Below, piece by piece: positions 63,228 to 64,000 of a stretch of 64,000 nt of DNA (the first letter of the stretch is position 1; each line of letters opens with the position of its first letter). Source of the DNA: Octopus vulgaris (lineage: Eukaryota); the NCBI GenBank assembly GCA_951406725.2, contig OX597817.1, positions 154,876,001 through 154,940,000 of the forward strand, given 5' to 3'. Under the pieces are notes generated by a model that worked only from the letters and a program-made list of their open reading frames with translations, was not told the origin of the DNA and ran no database searches. Position numbers and translations under genes: made by a program.

Positions 63228-63323
63228 TTTCAGTAACTGATGGTAGGGGGTCGTTCAACTTATTAGAAATAACAGTCAAGTACCCCCTACTTTTTAATAC
63301 ATACAAAACCAAAAGTGTTACAG
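63228..63323 (+). other. Candidate 96-nt symmetric (phase 1-1) coding exon
   Basis: CTTTTTTTCTTCAACAG acceptor, CAG|GTACTT donor, open frame xSVTDGRGSFNLLEITVKYPLLFNTYKTKSVT; protein not recognised. Confidence 0.35.
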
Positions 63324-63689
63324 GTACTTGAACATTTCTTGTTGATGACCAGTGTTTGAGTATCTGCTTAAAATATATCAACATGTATTTGTTTGATCTG
63401 TCTGTTTGTTTATCTATCTTTACATCTTATATATTTTTTCTGCATTCATGTCTGCACACATATGCACTCAAGCAGACATGTGTTCATATAGCCATGCTAG
63501 ATAGACATATTGCCAGTAGGTAAGCTTAAAATATGGTTGATATATTATAGTAAGCAGATACTCACTTAGTAATGATCATTGTTAACACGACTATCACAGT
63601 GACAGTTATGTGTGTGTGTATGTGTCTCTGTGTTTGCAAGTATATTTAATTTATGTATGTGAGTATGTATGGTTATATGCATATGTAAA

Positions 63690-64000
63690 GACCCGACAAA
63701 TAACGTGAGTTCACGGATGTTTCCTGCACCATTTTCGCATCACAGCCCCAGCCCATCCAAAGTACCTTGGATTGCAGAACGACCTGCTGTGCTTACATTG
63801 GATCGTAGGGTGACCTGCTATGCTTGAGGAGGCCTATTGAGTCAAGTGCATCAACATCAAAATAAATATCAAATGGAAATTGTAGTTTTGATACCTGTGC
63901 CAGTGGCACATAAAAAGCACCATGAAAACGTGGCTGATGCCAGCACCACCTTGACTGGCTTCCATGCCGGTGGCACGTAAAAAGCACCAACTGATCATGG
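63690..64000 (+). mobile_element. Family D element with extended 5' region, runs off the window end
   Basis: GTGGCAC(A/G)TAAAAAGCACC units preceded by about 200 bp of GC-richer sequence not seen in other copies. Confidence 0.75.

Overview
AT-rich, repeat-dense animal genomic DNA, not prokaryotic. The SINE families and microsatellite style match what I recall from Octopus (coleoid cephalopod) genomes; that assignment is recognition from memory and needs BLAST. No intact, recognisable host protein-coding gene is visible, and nearly all listed ORFs are artefacts of SINEs or microsatellites. The window holds at least six SINE or SINE-like families (labelled A, B, C, D, G, H here), two TTAA/piggyBac-type MITE families (E, F), a hAT MITE, a non-autonomous Helitron and a decayed Hsmar1-like mariner. 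It also holds a fold-back element built from a Tc1/mariner transposase 3' end, 3' fragments of CR1/L2, RTE and R4/Dong LINEs, Penelope-like remnants (a hidden RT and hammerhead ribozyme motifs), and satellites. Several strong splice-site pairs suggest the window is largely intronic to one or more spliced transcripts. The most unusual signals are local inverted duplications that could form long dsRNA, nested insertions with visible empty sites, SINE module swapping, and stop-interrupted protein-like segments on the minus strand. I found no clearly novel multi-gene system. Coordinates were read by eye and may be off by a few bases.
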